From IMG/VR virus record IMGVR_UViG_3300017761_002869, positions 1 through 33,733 of that record: a DNA stretch of 33,733 bases; one strand, written 5' to 3'. A program made the position numbers and the translations under genes. This DNA comes from a virus (taxonomy: Duplodnaviria; Caudoviricetes). Below are positions 28,818 through 33,733 of the stretch, piece after piece. The number at the start of each line of letters is the position of its first letter. The first letter of the stretch is position 1. The notes beneath the pieces were generated by a model. The model did not search any database. It was not told the DNA's origin and was given only the letters and a program-made list of their open reading frames with translations.

Positions 28818-31106
28818 ATGCTACCAATAACAGGATTAACGGGAACAGATACGTTTGAAACTTGGTTTGGTAAAACCAATGAAATTATTAGCAGTTTAAA
28901 CAGTTCTACCATACTCTCTGTTAAAGATGCCGGAGCAGTAGGAGACGGCGTAACCGACGATACTGCCAGCATAAAAACTGCATTAAGTAGCGGAAAAAAA
29001 GTAATATACTTTCCTAGTGGAACATATAAAGTTACTCAGGGATTAACTCTTCCTGCTTTTGTTTCTATATTTGGTGATGGACCAGACGCAACTATTATTG
29101 ATGGTTCTAGTTGCACTGCTAATGGGCTCGGTTCATATGAAACACATATACGTACTGCAGAAGGAACATGGTCGTCTCTGCCTGCCTTGGCGTCTCCAGG
29201 AATTACTAAAGGTGACCAAAATATTACATTCGTATCTGCTCACGGTTTAACATTTAATGATTTAATTTCTGTGTATAATCCTACAAATTATTCTTGGTCT
29301 AAATTTACTTCATACCACAGAGCCGGAGAAGTTCAATTTATTGCTTGGACTCCTTCAACCACAATAGTTCGTTTACAAGGATCCGCATACGCAAATTATA
29401 AATCCACAGATGTTTCTTTATATAAACTTTCAGCTTATACATCATGTTTTATAAAAAATTTCACATTAAAGTGTGCTAAACTAGGACCTGTTACTTCTGG
29501 ACGAGGTGTTCGCGTAAATCAAGGATTAAATTGTATACTAGAAAATGTTAAAGTTGTAAACGTTCCGTGGGCCGGTATTGAAATAAACCAGTCTCATAAC
29601 GTTTTAGTAAATAATTGTATCGTTCAAGAAGACGCCTCAGACGATTTTGGCGGCGATTACGGATTAGCAATCATGAATTCTTCTTCTGTTTTGGTTAATG
29701 GTGGATACTATTCTGCGTCCAGACACGCAGTTACTATTGGTGGTGGTAGTGGAGTAGGAGCAGTTCCAAACAGAAATGTAAAAATTATTGGAACTAGTTG
29801 CCATACTTCAGGTGTTACTTTAGATGCTGCTAGTGCTGGAGCACTAGACGTTCATTCAAATTCTGAACACATCTTGTTTAGAAATTGTACAATAAATGGA
29901 GGAATAGCAGGATTAGGTGGAGACAATATAACTGTAGAAGGTTGTCATATTGTTGGAAGAGGTGCAGGTGACTCTTTAATTTACGGTGCCGGATGCAAAG
30001 GAACCAATTTTGCAATACACAATAACCACTTGATATCCACTAGAAAAGGCCGATTAAATCGTGGAGCTTTTATAGATATTGGTGCGCAAAATGACGCCAT
30101 ATCAGATAAAACTTCTGAAGGCGGTATAATATCAATTAAAAATAATACACTTGATTGGCAATACTCTCCTACCAGTTCTGGTCGTAGAGAAGCAGGAGAA
30201 ACTGCATCAGACGGTTATTCTTCTTATGGAAACTGGCTATCTATAGTAAATACTGGTACTACAGGATATACTGGAGGAGATATTATAATTGATATCCAAG
30301 GAAATACTGTTAAAGCACCAAATAATTACCATCAAGGTGGTGCATATATTCAAGTAACAGGAAACACTTTAGATGCTCAATTTAATGTGGTTAATTTTTC
30401 TAATAATACTTGTGTGAACGTTGGTGGTGCTGAATTAGACAGTTCATGGGTTTCTGCTAATCATGTAGTTTTTCAGGGAAATAATATTATAAATTCCGGT
30501 AATGTTGGATTGAAAGCATCAGGCGTTAAAAAATCTATAGTATGTAAATCTAATAGTATTAATGGAACCCGAAATTCTCCAGCAATTTATTTACGAGGAC
30601 GGTCTTCCCCTTGGTTGGGATGGAATGGTTTCTGTGAATTTATAGAAGTTTCGGAGAATACAGTTAATAATGGAGTATTAACAAAAGATTATACTTTTAA
30701 TACTGGAACACTAACAGATTATAGTGTGTTTTATTTTGATAACGGTATTTTCCGAGACAATATTATGGGATCAGATAATAGAACTTTTATACTTGATGCC
30801 AATCGCGGATTTGTTTTAAACGAAACAGTAACGGGAAATAGCTCTAATGCTGTTGCAACTATTAAAGCATTCCAAGGTATTACTCAATTTGGTATAGGTG
30901 TAACAAATAATAGTGGTTCTTTTACTTTAAATGAAATAATTACAGGAAATATTTCTGGTAAAACTGCCAGTCTTACAGGAATTGCTTCCACTCATAGTTT
31001 TGGATCATATCTATTTACTGGAAACAATTTATGGAGTGGTAAAAACGCATGGTGGAGTGGTTTTACCTTAACACTTTCCGGCATAACTACTAATAATATT
31101 TTATAA
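28818..31106 (+). CDS. Tailspike/tail fibre with pectate-lyase-like beta-helix (putative depolymerase)
   Basis: N-terminal TDTFETWFGKTNEII as in T4-like virion proteins; SVKDAGAVGDGVTDDTASI...IYFPSGTYKV; parallel beta-helix repeats; AAGGA SD. Confidence 0.82.
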   Translation: MLPITGLTGTDTFETWFGKTNEIISSLNSSTILSVKDAGAVGDGVTDDTASIKTALSSGKKVIYFPSGTYKVTQGLTLPAFVSIFGDGPDATIIDGSSCTANGLGSYETHIRTAEGTWSSLPALASPGITKGDQNITFVSAHGLTFNDLISVYNPTNYSWSKFTSYHRAGEVQFIAWTPSTTIVRLQGSAYANYKSTDVSLYKLSAYTSCFIKNFTLKCAKLGPVTSGRGVRVNQGLNCILENVKVVNVPWAGIEINQSHNVLVNNCIVQEDASDDFGGDYGLAIMNSSSVLVNGGYYSASRHAVTIGGGSGVGAVPNRNVKIIGTSCHTSGVTLDAASAGALDVHSNSEHILFRNCTINGGIAGLGGDNITVEGCHIVGRGAGDSLIYGAGCKGTNFAIHNNHLISTRKGRLNRGAFIDIGAQNDAISDKTSEGGIISIKNNTLDWQYSPTSSGRREAGETASDGYSSYGNWLSIVNTGTTGYTGGDIIIDIQGNTVKAPNNYHQGGAYIQVTGNTLDAQFNVVNFSNNTCVNVGGAELDSSWVSANHVVFQGNNIINSGNVGLKASGVKKSIVCKSNSINGTRNSPAIYLRGRSSPWLGWNGFCEFIEVSENTVNNGVLTKDYTFNTGTLTDYSVFYFDNGIFRDNIMGSDNRTFILDANRGFVLNETVTGNSSNAVATIKAFQGITQFGIGVTNNSGSFTLNEIITGNISGKTASLTGIASTHSFGSYLFTGNNLWSGKNAWWSGFTLTLSGITTNNIL

Positions 31107-31157
31107 AATTAAAATAAAAACTAGATCTTAAACGCATAATTACTGTGATTTCATGTT

Positions 31158-31165
31158 TATAAATA
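31158..31165 (+). promoter_or_regulatory. T4-type late promoter
   Basis: Exact intergenic TATAAATA 7 nt upstream of ATG 31173. Confidence 0.78.
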
Positions 31166-31172
31166 TTATATA

Positions 31173-33733
31173 ATGGACAAGTTTAAACAATACTTTAATT
31201 TGGATAAACCAACCCCTGTGGTTTCTCCGCAAAGTGAAATGCAATCAACACAGGATCTGAAGGGTCCTGTTGGACCAAGAGGCCTACAAGGTCCTGTAGG
31301 TCCCCAAGGTCCTGCTGGTGAAGACGGATGGGCTGGTCCTCAAGGCGAACCCGGTCCTCAAGGCCCACAAGGATTAAAAGGTGAAAAGGGTGATACTGGA
31401 GAGACTGGCTGGCCGGGTGATAAAGGCGAACAGGGTGTTCAAGGAGACATAGGCCCAGAAGGTCCTATTGGACCACAAGGCCCAGAAGGTCCTATGGGTC
31501 CACAAGGCATTCAAGGCCCTATCGGTCCTCAAGGTGTTCCGGGCGAAATAGGTCCACAGGGCGTTCCCGGTCCTGTTGGTGTCAGAGGTCCTAAAGGAGA
31601 GGTAGGTCCTGAAGGTCCACAAGGCGTTCAAGGTCCAGAAGGCCCAGAAGGTGCAATCGGTCCTGTTGGTCCGCAAGGTCCAAAAGGTATTCCGGGTGCC
31701 AAGGGAGAACCTGGTCCTCAAGGATTACTAGGTCCTGTAGGCCCACAAGGTCCTGAAGGTTCTCAAGGACCAAAAGGCGATCCTGGCGAGTCTAACATTA
31801 TTTCTGCCAACTATCCGTTAGTACTGGAAGAAGGTGAACTTTCGTTTGACGCATCTAAATTTAAACAAGACATCACCAGTCTTGTAAAAACCAAATTAGA
31901 CGCACAAACGGTAGCACAGAACTTTCAATGGCTGAATACTGGTTCGGTTGGTGGTGGTGCAGTAGGCATCTATAAAGATCGTGCCAGAATAATCAAATCA
32001 GTTAATGATATAAACTTTACTGGAGACGGCGTAGAGCTGGTTCGTAAAGGTAAACAAGTAGACGTTAAAATTACTGGTGGAGAAATATCTCATCCTGTAT
32101 TAGTAGCAACAGGAACAAAAAATTTCTCTGTACTAATGAGTGATGGTGAAATTTTACTGTTTGGTCAAAACGAGTACCAACAAATAAGTGGTTGTACTTG
32201 TTTGAGTCAACTAGATCCTGATATACAAATAACTGTTGTTGGTACAGGTTATGGATCTGGTGGTTACACTTCTGTCAGATTTAGTAAAGCTTCACAATTA
32301 CTTGCAGTAAAAATAGAAACTGCTGACACCTACACAGCAATTCTGTTAAACACAGGAAAAATATACTTCTGGGGAGCATGGCACGAGTATGCACAGTCTG
32401 TTCCAGACTGCAACATGTTCAATTACATGAATACGCTGCATCCTAATCTTAAATTCAAAGACATTTCTGCCACTAAAGGATACGATAGATTTAGTGCACT
32501 AACAGAAGACGGCGATTTAATATTTTTTGCTAACGGCCAAGACGGTTTAAGTTACGGATCTCAACCAAACACTTGGGATAATGATCCAGATACCACAGAT
32601 CAAGTAACGTACTATAACGCAAATCCAGACGTACAACACAGTTTTGCTCGTTATAAATTCAAGCAAATTTATTTGGGCGAAGAACAGTTAATTGGTATTC
32701 TAGAAAACAATAAACTTTATTTTAGTGGTGATTACGGAGTATTGGCACCATTTTGGAATGTGTATAATTACACAGACAGTATTTACAACCCATATGTTGA
32801 AAACATTTTTGGTGCTGGTTATCCCCCTGCTAGTGGTTTAGATACTAATGATTATAAAAATGTAGCAACATCACAATTATTCAATGCGGGTGTGTTGACA
32901 AACGGAACTCCAAGACTTTGGGGTAATTTAACTCTTGGTGTGACACTACCTTCACAATACACTCAATCTGGAACTAAAGCAGCTCAAGTAGATGTTGGTA
33001 TTGGTGGTGTTTGTTGGGTGATGGAAAACGGTACTGTTGAATGTTCGGGTACTGATGTTACTACTAATATGCCTGCAGGCATAACAAACGATACCACTTA
33101 CGCTATTAAACAAGTAGCAATAGGTGACAGAAATGTAATTGCTCTTTCTCACGACAATAAAGTTTACACGTGGGGAGAAGCAACCGAAACTGGTAGTTTA
33201 AACTTAACAGATATAGTTGCTCAACACCAAAAATTATCAATTCCGACACCCTCGCTTTACCAACAACCACCGTTTGCTTACGATCAAAATGTTTCAGTTT
33301 ACAATTCATCCGGTGCTCTAGTTGGTATAGCGAGTTCTTTAAAATTTACTGGTAATGGAGTTACTTTATCAACAGACGCAAACAACAAGCAGGTTGTAGT
33401 TACTGTTAGCGGTGGAGGTGGAGGAGATCCTGTTGGAAATTACGTAGCCACCCTGAACGGTCTAACTGGTGGTGTAACTCTGGCAGCAGGTACTGGAATA
33501 ACATTAACCAGTTCTGGAAAAACTATAACGGTTGCTACAATAGTTGGTGTGGGAGCTACCGGAGCCACTGGTGCAACAGGACCTCAAGGTATTCAAGGAG
33601 TTATCGGAGTCACTGGTGCAACAGGACCTCAAGGTATTCAAGGAGCTACCGGAGCCACAGGTCCTGTTGGTAATTATGTGATATCGTTCAACGGTCTTAC
33701 TGGAGCTGTCACTGGTGCTTCTCTTGGTGCAAA
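31173..33733 (+). CDS. Collagen-like fibre protein with RCC1-like domain, 3'-truncated (absent from ORF track)
   Basis: Hand translation from ATG 31173 (MDKFKQYFNLDKP...) found no stop to the window end; 59 Gly-X-Y triplets, then degenerate RCC1 blades (LMSDGEILLFGQN, LLNTGKIYFWG, LSHDNKVYTWG), then GATGATGATGPQGIQ. Confidence 0.88.
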   Translation, partial: MDKFKQYFNLDKPTPVVSPQSEMQSTQDLKGPVGPRGLQGPVGPQGPAGEDGWAGPQGEPGPQGPQGLKGEKGDTGETGWPGDKGEQGVQGDIGPEGPIGPQGPEGPMGPQGIQGPIGPQGVPGEIGPQGVPGPVGVRGPKGEVGPEGPQGVQGPEGPEGAIGPVGPQGPKGIPGAKGEPGPQGLLGPVGPQGPEGSQGPKGDPGESNIISANYPLVLEEGELSFDASKFKQDITSLVKTKLDAQTVAQNFQWLNTGSVGGGAVGIYKDRARIIKSVNDINFTGDGVELVRKGKQVDVKITGGEISHPVLVATGTKNFSVLMSDGEILLFGQNEYQQISGCTCLSQLDPDIQITVVGTGYGSGGYTSVRFSKASQLLAVKIETADTYTAILLNTGKIYFWGAWHEYAQSVPDCNMFNYMNTLHPNLKFKDISATKGYDRFSALTEDGDLIFFANGQDGLSYGSQPNTWDNDPDTTDQVTYYNANPDVQHSFARYKFKQIYLGEEQLIGILENNKLYFSGDYGVLAPFWNVYNYTDSIYNPYVENIFGAGYPPASGLDTNDYKNVATSQLFNAGVLTNGTPRLWGNLTLGVTLPSQYTQSGTKAAQVDVGIGGVCWVMENGTVECSGTDVTTNMPAGITNDTTYAIKQVAIGDRNVIALSHDNKVYTWGEATETGSLNLTDIVAQHQKLSIPTPSLYQQPPFAYDQNVSVYNSSGALVGIASSLKFTGNGVTLSTDANNKQVVVTVSGGGGGDPVGNYVATLNGLTGGVTLAAGTGITLTSSGKTITVATIVGVGATGATGATGPQGIQGVIGVTGATGPQGIQGATGATGPVGNYVISFNGLTGAVTGASLGA
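31263..31793 (+). repeat. Collagen triple-helix repeat, 59 uninterrupted Gly-X-Y triplets
   Basis: GPV GPR GLQ ... GPK GDP GES; 531 nt with 9-nt GGN periodicity. Confidence 0.92.
33566..33645 (+). repeat. Exact 35-bp direct repeat, 45-bp period, in the second collagen segment
   Basis: cactggtgcaacaggacctcaaggtattcaaggag at 33566-33600 and 33611-33645. Confidence 0.85.

Noticed and set aside
31119-31160. Possible terminator after the tailspike gene
   Set aside because: Only a weak AT-rich imperfect inverted repeat; no GC stem or U tract.
31374-31773. Minus-strand ORFs with periodic RT/LQD patterns
   Set aside because: Antisense shadows of the + strand collagen repeat.
38-33309. Other short minus-strand and alternate-frame ORFs in the track
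   Set aside because: All overlap well-supported + strand genes and show no recognisable motifs.
1-33733. CRISPR array, tRNA, diversity-generating retroelement, intron/intein or stop-codon recoding
   Set aside because: No repeat-spacer array, cloverleaf, reverse transcriptase or TR/VR pair seen by eye; core genes have normal length and genes tile densely under the standard code.

Overview
Fragment of a large T4-like (myovirus-type) dsDNA phage genome; every credible gene is on the + strand. (1) 1-4063: T4 core replication block (RNase H, gp45 sliding clamp, gp44/gp62 clamp loader, RegA). (2) 4066-17733: directly after regA, where T4 has gp43, a tightly packed ~13.7 kb AT-rich glycan island of 15 genes. 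It holds about 8 glycosyltransferase-like genes (two GT10-like, GT11-like, GT34-like, GT2-like, DUF5672, others) and a sugar pathway (RfbH/DdhC-type 3-dehydrase, RmlB-like 4,6-dehydratase, two other SDRs, NeuB-family synthase, YerE/acetolactate-synthase-like TPP enzyme, O-methyltransferase). (3) 17729-33733: late region with T4 late promoters (TATAAATA), a GT2-TPR glycosyltransferase, small structural genes, a ~3000-aa FN3/beta-helix/RCC1 protein whose probable true N-terminus lies in another frame across an A9 tract, a pectate-lyase-like tailspike, and a collagen/RCC1-like fibre gene missed by the ORF track that runs off the window. Best candidate novel system (inference): phage-encoded glycosylation of the virion or host surface with rare branched 3,6-dideoxy and ulosonic sugars, possibly at a G-x-T motif, plus a homopolymer-switchable giant adhesin. 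All family calls come from motif recognition, not database searches.
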